DNA of 64,000 bases from Parcubacteria group bacterium Gr01-1014_30 (lineage in GTDB: Bacteria > Patescibacteriota > Minisyncoccia > Minisyncoccales > 2-12-FULL-40-12). Positions 55,887-64,000 of this stretch are shown here, one piece after another. The notes under the pieces are model-generated. The model was not told the origin of the DNA, did no database searches, and saw nothing but the letters and a program-made list of their open reading frames with translations. Position 1 is the first letter of the stretch. Every line of letters begins with the position of its first letter. Made by a program: the position numbers and the translations under genes. The stretch lies in assembly GCA_007376185.1 (NCBI GenBank), contig VMFS01000003.1, forward strand, positions 25,983-89,982, given 5' to 3'.

Positions 55887-57125
55887 ATGAAAAAGTATTT
55901 TTTACTTTTGTTGATTTTAGCCATATTTTTGGTTCTTTATTTTTGGCCTTTTCCTGGAGTTCAAAAGCCAGCAGAGCCAGCCTTGGAGACGGAAGTTACG
56001 GACCAAATAACCGTTGATGAAGTTGAAGAACCAGATGAAGGTGAAGAGTCGGAAGGTCTTGAGGTGGTCGCCCGAGAACTGCAAATTCCTTGGGAAATAG
56101 CTTTCCTGCCTGCGCCTGACCGCCTGTCTGCGCAGGCAGGCGCAGGCAGGCAGGAAGGTTTGCCTGATGGCACTTTACTGGCAACCGAAAGGCCGGGAAA
56201 CTTGGCAGTTATTCGTGACGGAAAGGTCGTTAGTCGCATTGCGGTTTCCGGCGTTTACCACAGCGGCGAAGGGGGCTTGCTAGGCATGGCTTTGCATCCA
56301 GATTTCAGGGAGAACAAATTTTTGTATCTCTATTTCACATACAGGGAAGGCAGCCAAACCAAAAACAAAGTGGAGAGATATATTTTTGACGGCGACATTT
56401 TGTCAGACAGAAAAATTATTATTGACAACATTCCGGGAGCTGCAAATCACAACGGCGGCAGAATCGCTTTCGGGCCAGACAGCTACTTATATATAACTAC
56501 TGGAGACGCGCAGGCGCCTAATTTGGCGCAGAACATCAATTCGCTTGCCGGAAAGGTTTTGCGTTTAAGAGACGATGGTTCCATTCCCGAGGACAACCCC
56601 TTTGCTTCGGCCGGCTCAGCACAAGCTGACGCGGTTTGGTCTTTTGGCTATCGCAATCCGCAAGGCCTGGCGTGGGACCAAGCAGGGAGGTTATGGAGCA
56701 CAGAGCACGGCCCTTCTTCTTTGGTGTTGCCGAATTGCTGCCAGGACGAGGTTAATTTGATTGAGAAAGGAGCTAACTACGGCTGGCCAGATAGTGTTGG
56801 AGGTAAAGTAAAAGCAGGAACTATGGCGTCAAAACTGCATTCAGGCGGCGACACTTGGGCGCCATCTGGCGCGGCATACTATAACGGCTCTTTGTTTTTT
56901 GGCGGCCTAAGAGGCCAGAGTTTATATGAGGTGGTTTTACAGGGAGAGGAAGTTGTTGAATTAAAGAGACACTTTAAAGGAGAGTTCGGGCGGATCCGGG
57001 GGGTTTCTCTGGAGCCTGACGGTTTTTTGTACATTATCACTTCCAACAAAGACGGCAGAGGCGTTCCCCAAGCCGACGACGACAAGATAATTCGACTGAA
57101 CCCCAAACTCATCTTTAGTTATTAA
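55887..57125 (+). CDS. PQQ-dependent sugar dehydrogenase (GSDH family) with in-frame repeat insertions
   Basis: PWEIAFLP..DG; GEGGLLG; HNGGRIAFGPD; YRNPQG; EHGP; NYGWP; APSG. Confidence 0.88.
   Translation: MKKYFLLLLILAIFLVLYFWPFPGVQKPAEPALETEVTDQITVDEVEEPDEGEESEGLEVVARELQIPWEIAFLPAPDRLSAQAGAGRQEGLPDGTLLATERPGNLAVIRDGKVVSRIAVSGVYHSGEGGLLGMALHPDFRENKFLYLYFTYREGSQTKNKVERYIFDGDILSDRKIIIDNIPGAANHNGGRIAFGPDSYLYITTGDAQAPNLAQNINSLAGKVLRLRDDGSIPEDNPFASAGSAQADAVWSFGYRNPQGLAWDQAGRLWSTEHGPSSLVLPNCCQDEVNLIEKGANYGWPDSVGGKVKAGTMASKLHSGGDTWAPSGAAYYNGSLFFGGLRGQSLYEVVLQGEEVVELKRHFKGEFGRIRGVSLEPDGFLYIITSNKDGRGVPQADDDKIIRLNPKLIFSY
56105..56160. repeat. CCTGCCTG/CAGGCAGG palindromic insertion in frame (54 nt)
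   Basis: Removal restores AFLPDG; TGCCTG at 56107 and 56161. Confidence 0.85.
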
Positions 57126-57196
57126 ACAACCTTAAACAGCACTTTCAACAACTGTACAGTTTTAATTTTGGTCAAATTTGGTAGAATGATAAAATT

Positions 57197-57565
57197 ATGT
57201 CAATTTGGATGGTGACAATCATTTTACTCGCAGCCGCGCTTTCGGGCTGGCTGCTTTTGAAAAGAAACCCTGACCGTTATATTCACGAGAAAACATCGCC
57301 AATGAACATTTTCTTCAAGTGGGGTCACGCTTGGCACCATATTTTTAAGGTCGCGATAATCATTTTGGTTATGATTGTCGTTTTTTCTCTTTACAAGTAT
57401 CTTTTGGCGGCTTCTAGGGTTTTTGCGTTAACAGTAGCGGTCTTGGCCGGAGTTATTCTTTCTGGCGGAAAGGAATTGCTGGATAAATATATTACCTTGG
57501 ACGATGTCATCTCCTCTGCCTTAGCTATAATTGCGGGCTTTTTGTTGCTGTTTTTTCTTTTTTAA
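57197..57565 (+). CDS. Small multi-pass membrane protein
   Basis: Four hydrophobic segments; extended -10 (TGGTAGAAT) just upstream. Confidence 0.65.
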   Translation: MSIWMVTIILLAAALSGWLLLKRNPDRYIHEKTSPMNIFFKWGHAWHHIFKVAIIILVMIVVFSLYKYLLAASRVFALTVAVLAGVILSGGKELLDKYITLDDVISSALAIIAGFLLLFFLF

Positions 57566-57592
57566 TAGCGTGTTATATAAAAAGTATAGCTT

Positions 57593-58177
57593 ATGGTTTT
57601 AACCGAGTCGGTTCAAAAATTAAAGAAGGGAGACAAGGCGCCGGATTTTTCTTTGAAAGGCGTTGACGACAAAATATACTCTTTGAAGGACTTTGAAGGC
57701 CTGCCTGCCCCCCTGCGCGGTCAGGCGCAGGCAGGCAAACAAGGCCTTTTGGTTATATTTATGTGTAACCACTGCCCTTACGTGAGAGCGAAACTGCCGG
57801 TCATTGCCGAGCTTTACAAAAAGTGGGGTACTAGGATTTCTTTTTGCGGCATCAACAGCAATGACTCTGGATACGAAGGCGAAGGCATGGACAATATGAA
57901 GGTTTTTGCCAAAGAGAGAGCAATTGCTTTTCCTTACTTGTTTGACACACTTCAAGATGTTGCCAAGGCCTATGGAGCAACTTGTACTCCCGACCCGTTT
58001 TTATTCAATAAAAATTCTGAACTGGTTTTCCACGGACGAATTGACGACGCCACGGGCCCGGGCGAGACGGCCAAAGAGAAGACCATGGACGAGAATATCT
58101 CAAAAATGCTTTCAGGCCAAGAAATTTCTGACGAGTTCAAACCGTCAATGGGATGCTCCATTAAGTGGACCCCGTAA
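57593..58177 (+). CDS. AhpC/TSA thioredoxin-fold (PRX-like) protein
   Basis: GDKAPDFSL; FMCNHCPYV; FPYLFD; ATCTPD; SMGCSIKW. Confidence 0.88.
   Translation: MVLTESVQKLKKGDKAPDFSLKGVDDKIYSLKDFEGLPAPLRGQAQAGKQGLLVIFMCNHCPYVRAKLPVIAELYKKWGTRISFCGINSNDSGYEGEGMDNMKVFAKERAIAFPYLFDTLQDVAKAYGATCTPDPFLFNKNSELVFHGRIDDATGPGETAKEKTMDENISKMLSGQEISDEFKPSMGCSIKWTP
57699..57736. repeat. CCTGCCTG/CAGGCAGG palindromic insertion in frame (36 nt)
   Basis: Removal restores DFEGKQGLLV; AGGC duplicated; right arm is the reverse complement of 56105-56123. Confidence 0.85.
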
Positions 58178-58248
58178 TACAACTTTCGGTGTGTTCTTGA
58201 AAAGAACACAATTATCGCCGCAGGCGACCGAAAGATGATATACGGGGT
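58169..58248. repeat. ACCCCGTAATACAAC-family element, copy 3 (contains the upstream TAA)
   Basis: Same outer stem; inner TGTGTTCTT/AAGAACACA and TCGCC-GCA-GGCGA; GTGGA at both ends. Confidence 0.9.
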
Positions 58249-58251
58249 GGA

Positions 58252-59373
58252 TTACCCGAAAGTAAAAGCGTAAAAACGCGCGCCTCCGCTTTTAATGCGC
58301 AATTCCAAAAAGTGTTCGCCGGTTTTCTCGTTGTTTATTATTTTGTAAAGGCGGCTTTCTTGAATAATCATTTTGCCCTCTAAGTCAACGTCGGCTCCCT
58401 TTGAGCTGTCGGCAAGAGGTTTGCCGTCCTGCCATATTTCGACTTCGACTGGTCCTTGAGCGTCAGCAACTATAAAAACCTCTTTGGCAGAGTAGATATA
58501 ACCGATTTTAGTGTCGCCTGAAAGGGCTTTTGCTGCTTCCGGCGAGATTTCCCACTGGCCTTGAAGGTAGAGAGTGTTTCTAGAGAAGGTTTCCGGAAAC
58601 TCAAGCTGGTAAGTTCCTGCTTTTCCTTTTATGTTTTGCGCTGTTCGCTCGTTGCGTAAAGACCCGAAATAAGTTTCGGGGCTAAGGGCGAAATTTTTTC
58701 CCCTTTCTATTTCCTCTGACGAAAGTGAACTTTCGATGGCGATTTTTTCGCTAACTCTTTCCGCTCTTTCTTGCAGCAGTTTTTGGATTAGCTTTTCAGT
58801 TTCCTCGTAAGCGTCTTCTCCTATGTGGTCGTAGACGATAAAGCCGTCAATGTCTATTAAGTATTTTCTCGGCCAGTAGCGGTTTTGGTAAGCTGACCAG
58901 GTGCCGTAATCATTGTCTAAAACCACGGGATATTTAATGCCCGATCTTATCACAGCTTCAAGGACATTTTCATAGTCCTTTTCAAACGTGAACTCGGGCG
59001 TGTGAATGCCCACTATCAAAAGGCCGTCTTTTGCGTATCTTTCGTACCAGGCGTTCAGATATGGCTGGGTCCGCTGGCAGTTGATGCAGCTGTAGGTCCA
59101 AAAGTCAATAAGAATAACCTTCTTGCCGATGTTTTCAGCAATGGTTATGGACTCGCCTTCGGTATTAATGAAGCCAGCAGGATTCACAATTTCCCGCGCT
59201 CTGGGGTAAATCTTTTCCTTTTGCGTACTGGTCGGAGTTTCCTCACTAATCCTAATTTCGGCTTCTTCGGAAAGACCGGTTCTGCCCCCGGCCCCCAAGA
59301 AATAAATTGCGCTTACAATGATAGCGGTGGCAATGAGCAAAAGAGAAGCTCGCTTTAGCATAGGTTTATTCAT
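58252..59373 (-). CDS. DipZ-like thioredoxin-domain protein
   Basis: DFWTYSCINCQRT; HTPEF; NRYWP; SPETYFG; YAFTFG. Confidence 0.88.
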   Translation of the reverse strand: MNKPMLKRASLLLIATAIIVSAIYFLGAGGRTGLSEEAEIRISEETPTSTQKEKIYPRAREIVNPAGFINTEGESITIAENIGKKVILIDFWTYSCINCQRTQPYLNAWYERYAKDGLLIVGIHTPEFTFEKDYENVLEAVIRSGIKYPVVLDNDYGTWSAYQNRYWPRKYLIDIDGFIVYDHIGEDAYEETEKLIQKLLQERAERVSEKIAIESSLSSEEIERGKNFALSPETYFGSLRNERTAQNIKGKAGTYQLEFPETFSRNTLYLQGQWEISPEAAKALSGDTKIGYIYSAKEVFIVADAQGPVEVEIWQDGKPLADSSKGADVDLEGKMIIQESRLYKIINNEKTGEHFLELRIKSGGARFYAFTFG

Positions 59374-60098
59374 TGACCGAGCAGTTTCTCCAGCAGCCCA
59401 AAGTTGGCAAGGACTGCAAGTTTTTGCGTGAAAACAAGCACTCCAAGGATAATAAGGATTACGCCAAAGACAACCGTAATGTACTTGGCCGCCCGATTAA
59501 ACTTAGCAAGGTATTTTTGCACTTGTGCGGTAAAAGCTCCAATTACTAAAAAAGGTACGCCCAAACCGAGAGAGTAGCTCAACAGAAGCCAGAAAGCAGC
59601 GGAGGGTGCAGAGGCCGCCAGCCCCAGTATTGCTCCCAGAGCCGCCCCAACACAAGGAGTCCAGCCCGCCGCGAAAGCGGCTCCGAATAAAAGAGAAGTT
59701 ACATTGCGCCCGAATTGGCCCTTGAGGCGCGATGATAACTTCTCGCTGACACCAAACGTGTGCGCTCTTTCCAAATACGGAATGCTAAAGAGTCGGGTTA
59801 AATACAAGCCGAAAAAAATGATAATAGTGCCCCCGATTCTTGCCAGCCAGATTTGGGCGTCATAAGCTACCCTGGAAAGCAGTGTGTTCAAAAGAACTCC
59901 CAGCGCCGCGAAAACCAACGTGAAGCCGAGCACGAACAACAAGGCGGCGCCAAAGACTCTGCCGCGACTTTTTTCGCCAGTAGTCACGCCGCCTGAAAGA
60001 TAAGCCAAAAAACCCGGAATTATTGGCAGGACGCAAGGCGAGATGAAAGACACAAGGCCTGCAATGAAAGCTATGCCGATTGATATTTGCGTTGCCAT
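59370..60098 (-). CDS. ccdA: CcdA (DsbD-type) thiol-disulfide transporter
   Basis: AFIAGLVSFISPCVLP; GWTPCVG; YSLGLGVPF. Confidence 0.9.
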   Translation of the reverse strand: MATQISIGIAFIAGLVSFISPCVLPIIPGFLAYLSGGVTTGEKSRGRVFGAALLFVLGFTLVFAALGVLLNTLLSRVAYDAQIWLARIGGTIIIFFGLYLTRLFSIPYLERAHTFGVSEKLSSRLKGQFGRNVTSLLFGAAFAAGWTPCVGAALGAILGLAASAPSAAFWLLLSYSLGLGVPFLVIGAFTAQVQKYLAKFNRAAKYITVVFGVILIILGVLVFTQKLAVLANFGLLEKLLGQ

Positions 60099-60100
60099 AA

Positions 60101-60643
60101 CTATTGAGATAGCCGCGTCATCTCTGCAAGGTAACGTTCCTTTTCCCAGGTTTCGAGCGACTTTAACGCTTGTTGACCGTTTTTAATGAACACCTTGGTG
60201 TGCTGATAAGCTATGCCAAACTGTCTGGCCAAAGCCACCTCCTGTTCGTCCGTGTCACTGTCTTGGTAGTTGACTCTAAAACCGATAACAGTGTCTTTTG
60301 GGAATTCGTTGAATGAGGCCTGCATTTTCGGAAATTCAGCTCTGCAAATCGGACACCAGTTGGCGTAAAAGTAAAGCACAACCAGTTTGTCAGAAGCCAA
60401 AGCCGTTTCATAGTCGGCTTGATTGAACTCCAAAAGAAGCGAACTTGAACCTGCCAGAACCTGGCCCTCTTTTTCCGTCATTACGCCGTCGTCTTGGCGC
60501 ATCATTGCATCTTCTTCCATCATTTTTTCTTCGCCTGAACGTTGAGTGAAGTACCATGTTCCTCCCAAAACCGCCAAAATCGCCACAGTTACAAGCAGAA
60601 CTACAACGCCAAACCCGTTTTTAGTTTTTTGCATGGATACCAT
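60101..60643 (-). CDS. Membrane-anchored thioredoxin-family protein
   Basis: N-terminal TM; FYANWCPIC; YQHT. Confidence 0.85.
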   Translation of the reverse strand: MVSMQKTKNGFGVVVLLVTVAILAVLGGTWYFTQRSGEEKMMEEDAMMRQDDGVMTEKEGQVLAGSSSLLLEFNQADYETALASDKLVVLYFYANWCPICRAEFPKMQASFNEFPKDTVIGFRVNYQDSDTDEQEVALARQFGIAYQHTKVFIKNGQQALKSLETWEKERYLAEMTRLSQ

Positions 60644-60778
60644 TAGTGATTAATTCCTATTTTCATAATATATTCCTGGTCGACCGTTGCTAACACCATT
60701 TTAAACTTTGCGCAAGGATATTGCAAGAAGATTTATGTTAAGTCCTTTGCCTCCCCGTTTTAATTTTGGTAAAGTAAG

Positions 60779-61992
60779 ATGATGGCGAAAAAGTCGCCAA
60801 ATATTTCAAAAATAATTCTTGCCGTAGTCGCCGCCGGCTTGATTGGTTGGCTTGTTTTTTATTATTCGGCCAGAAAGGACGCTGGAAACTTGGATGACCC
60901 GATTCAAAATCTTGGGAGTTATCGTCTATCGGAATTGCTTGAAAACTTGGAAAATGCTTGCGGAAGAGAAATCGGGTGTCTACTTGACGGACTGCAAGGA
61001 ATCACCGAAAAATACGGCCCGGAGGCGACCTTGGTTCTGCTGGAGAACCTCCAGCTAAGCGGCTATATTCCCCCGCGGTTGACGACCACCAGGTCGCTCA
61101 CGGAGCGGGTAGGCAAACGGCAAAAGTTTTCGGCATTAACATGGAGGCCTTCCTGTTGTGCCCGCTGGAGGCCTACAACGGTGGCTGTCAGCACGGATAT
61201 TTTGAATACGTCTTGGGCAGGACGGGCTCTGAGACGGAAGCTGCTGACCTTATATGCAGTTCTCTTGATGAGTCATTTTCTTCAAAGTTCAGGTTTTACT
61301 GCTATCACGGAGTAGGGCATGGGGTGATGATGGCCCAGGCCTACGATCTGGAAGGTTCTTTGTCCGTGTGCGACTCTTTTTCCGAAAAATACCGCATAGA
61401 GGGATGCTGGCAGGGCGTTTTTATGGAAAACGTTAACGCGGCAATGAGAGGCCAAGCGAGGGCTGGCATATTTTCCGAGGAAAATCCCTTAAAGCCGTGC
61501 GACAAGACGGAAGACAAATACCGCTATCAGTGTTTTATAAATCACGCAGGTTGGTTGATGAAAGTTTTTAAAAATGATATAGGAAAAGCTTCTTTGTCGT
61601 GCCTTGCTGCCCCAGCGGCCTACGTTAATTCCTGCCTTCAAAGCTTAGGTCTTATGGTTTCAAATCCGAGCTGGCAAGGCCAGATTCTAAAAAGACCCTT
61701 GGACAAGGGCACAAACGAACTGGCCGCGGAAATATGTCTAAAGTTTCCCCCAGCTTATGTTGACCAGTGCGTGATCGGAGCTGTTGACAACATTATGAAT
61801 TTCAACGAACTTTACGCACAAGAAGCGGCTGGCTTCTGCACCCTTGTTGATGAAAAGTACCGGCATTTGTGCTATGAAAAGATCGGTTCTAATCTGCGTA
61901 ATCAAACCAACGATAGTTTGTTGGTGGCGAGAGAATGCGATATTTTGGGAAAACCAGGAAAGGATTTTTGTTTGAAGGGCGCAGGATTATGA
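60779..61992 (+). pseudogene. Cys/His-rich repeat exported protein, frameshifted at the C5 run 61070-61074
   Basis: One extra C joins ...GYIPP to AVDDHQVAHGAG...NMEAFLLC; GCQHG, CYHGVGHG and CWQGVFMEN motifs. Confidence 0.7.
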
Positions 61993-63464
61993 AAGTTATG
62001 TCTGATAAAATCAAAAAATCAGTCAAAATTTCGGCAGTGCTTTTTTGTCTGTTTTTCGTGTTGGTTTGGGTTAATGCTCATGAAGTCGCGGTAATACGGA
62101 TGGATGACAACGCTTACTATTCAAAGAGCGTAGAAATTCATGAAGGCGATACGGTTTCGTTTAAGAATACCGGAAAAAACGACAAATGGCCGGCTTCCAA
62201 CATCCACCCGACCCATGAAATATATACGGAGTTTGACGCCGGAAAACCGGTCACACCTAACCAAAGCTGGAGTTTTGTTTTCGGCAAACCAGGGGTATGG
62301 CAGTATCACGACCACCTCTACCCCAAAATTACGGGAACGATAACGGTGCTTGCCAGCGGTGAAAATGAGTTACAAGACGCTTCTCAAACTAATTTTTTCA
62401 AAAATCTGGCGCAAAAACTAAAAGCGTTTTTTAAGAAACTGTTAGCGATGTTCGACAGAAAGGCAGAAAGCAGAAATCCTAAAGTAGAATTTATAAGCCG
62501 AGATTCCACGGAAATATTTACAGATACAACAGCTCTGAAGTTTTACATTCAAAACTATGGCGCCGCTGCAACGGTTCAGCAGTTAAACGCTTTGAGTAGC
62601 AGTTTCGGAAGCTGTCATGACCAGGCCCACAAGGCGGGCAGAATAACTTATGAGCTTGGAGGCGACAGGGCGTTTCGGGAATGCGGCGCCGAGTGCCACT
62701 CGGGCTGTTACCACGGAGCCACAGAGGCCTACTTTAGAGAAAAAGGAACCGCGAATCTTGCCGCCGGCTTAAAAACTCTTTGTAGCTCTGAGCTTAACCC
62801 GTTTTTCAGCCACCAGTGCATACACGGGATAGGCCACGGCTTAATGGCTTGGGCCAATTACGAAATTTTTGACGCTCTTTTAGCCTGCGATCTTTTGCCG
62901 GAACGCCAAGATTCATGCTGGACCGGCGTTTTTATGGAAAATATCGTGGGCGGTCTGGGAAAAGAGAGCGGCCACTACACGAGTTATTTGTCCGACGACC
63001 CACATCACCCTTGCGATATTGTTGACGAAAAGTACAAAGGGTCTTGTTACTTTTTGCAAACCTCGCGAATGGTTCAGCTGTTTAACGGCGATTTTAAGAA
63101 AGTCGCCACTTCCTGTTTGGAGGCTCCCGTCCGATATCAGCGCGATTGTTTTCAGAGCATGGGACGGGACGTCGGCGGCTCTGCAAGAAAAAATCCGTCT
63201 AGGGCCATAGAACTTTGTCGCTTAGCGCCCAAGGGAAGCCTAAGGAATGACTGTCTTGGGGGGGCAGTTCAGGATTCTTTCTGGGACCCGACAGGCCAGG
63301 ACGACGCTCTTTCCTTCTGCCGACTTTTGACGGAAAAGGATGAAAAGGATTTGTGTTACGGAGTCATATTCCAGCGGGCGCCAGAAGTCTTAACGTCAAA
63401 AGAAGAATTGGAAAAGTTCTGCTCAAAGGCGGAAAGCGACTATCAAACCCTGTGCCTTCAGTAA
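61989..63464 (+). CDS. Exported cupredoxin-domain protein with Cys/His-rich repeats
   Basis: GDTVSF.N...WPASNIHPTH...WQYHDHL...GTITV; CHDQAH; CHSGCYHG; CIHGIGHG; CWTGVFMEN. Confidence 0.75.
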   Translation: MKVMSDKIKKSVKISAVLFCLFFVLVWVNAHEVAVIRMDDNAYYSKSVEIHEGDTVSFKNTGKNDKWPASNIHPTHEIYTEFDAGKPVTPNQSWSFVFGKPGVWQYHDHLYPKITGTITVLASGENELQDASQTNFFKNLAQKLKAFFKKLLAMFDRKAESRNPKVEFISRDSTEIFTDTTALKFYIQNYGAAATVQQLNALSSSFGSCHDQAHKAGRITYELGGDRAFRECGAECHSGCYHGATEAYFREKGTANLAAGLKTLCSSELNPFFSHQCIHGIGHGLMAWANYEIFDALLACDLLPERQDSCWTGVFMENIVGGLGKESGHYTSYLSDDPHHPCDIVDEKYKGSCYFLQTSRMVQLFNGDFKKVATSCLEAPVRYQRDCFQSMGRDVGGSARKNPSRAIELCRLAPKGSLRNDCLGGAVQDSFWDPTGQDDALSFCRLLTEKDEKDLCYGVIFQRAPEVLTSKEELEKFCSKAESDYQTLCLQ

Positions 63465-63480
63465 TTTTTGCCGAAGATAA

Positions 63481-64000
63481 ATGAAGGACTTTTGGCAATT
63501 AACAATACCTACACTGTTTCTTGTTGCTTTAGCATCTTTCTTTTTTGCAAAAGAGAGTTTTTTAGACGCACGCCTCCACAATATGATTGGTGTTGGGGTA
63601 CGTACTAACACCGACACCGAGATTGCTCTGGAGGCTCAAGGCGACCAACCGCTGAAAGAAACAGTTTCTATTAGCGCTGAAGAACTTAAGATTTGTTTGG
63701 CAAGACCAGGTAGCGAGATAAACAATTGTCTGGATTCGCTTTTTCGCAAGTATCTTGAAAAGAAAACTCCAGTTGAGGCCTTGGCTCTTGTTGAGGAGCT
63801 TGGAAACTACGACTCGAAAATTCGTTTTTCCTGCCATCCAATAGTCCACGCCATTGGCCGAGAAACGTTCAAAAAAGAAGGGACAATACCTGACTCTTTT
63901 GCGGCTTGCGACCAAACTTGCCACTCTGGCTGTTATCATGGCGCCATTGAAAGATTTTTACGCGGCGAGGAACAGAACTCAGACGGCGTAGGGCACTTGA
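63481..64000 (+). CDS. Third Cys/His-rich repeat exported protein (runs off the window)
   Basis: Open frame from ATG 63481 to the window end: N-terminal TM; CHPIVHAIG; CDQTCHSGCYHG. Confidence 0.8.
   Translation, partial: MKDFWQLTIPTLFLVALASFFFAKESFLDARLHNMIGVGVRTNTDTEIALEAQGDQPLKETVSISAEELKICLARPGSEINNCLDSLFRKYLEKKTPVEALALVEELGNYDSKIRFSCHPIVHAIGRETFKKEGTIPDSFAACDQTCHSGCYHGAIERFLRGEEQNSDGVGHL

Noticed and set aside
246..63939. Numerous 60-185 aa overlapping or antisense ORFs in the ORF track
   Set aside because: They shadow well-supported genes and have no recognisable motifs.

Overview
Bacterial genomic window, standard code 11. Gene content and repeat style suggest a Patescibacteria/Parcubacteria-like (CPR) genome; this is inference only. 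About 4.1-50.5 kb is one large surface-glycan locus, bracketed by two paralogous O-antigen-ligase/TPR genes. It holds flippases, many glycosyltransferases, methyltransferases, nucleotide-sugar epimerases and dehydrogenases, a NeuA-like cytidylyltransferase, a divergent DAHP-synthase-like enzyme, AroE, NadE, an RGP/UDP-Ara-mutase-like protein, two DegT-family enzymes and CapD. After it come a small accessory islet (GIY-YIG, NYN pseudogene, RT fragment, candidate sRNAs), murB, rpsI, a solo Cas4-like nuclease, a ccdA/thioredoxin/DipZ redox cluster and three tandem Cys/His-rich exported proteins. Main observations: (1) a transketolase N-subunit gene is split by an HNH endonuclease gene with no intron or intein, and each half carries one CxxCxGxG half of a zinc ribbon at the break, a possible metal clasp that rejoins the protein; (2) a 308-bp element made of a short GIY-YIG gene between perfect 20-bp inverted repeats, with a 5-bp direct repeat, shares termini with a dispersed family of three-way-junction palindromes that show compensatory changes and 4-9 bp flanking duplications; (3) such palindromes and 7-bp microsatellites are repeatedly inserted in frame into proteins, including MurB and NadE, or supply stop codons. 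No rRNA, tRNA or CRISPR array was seen.
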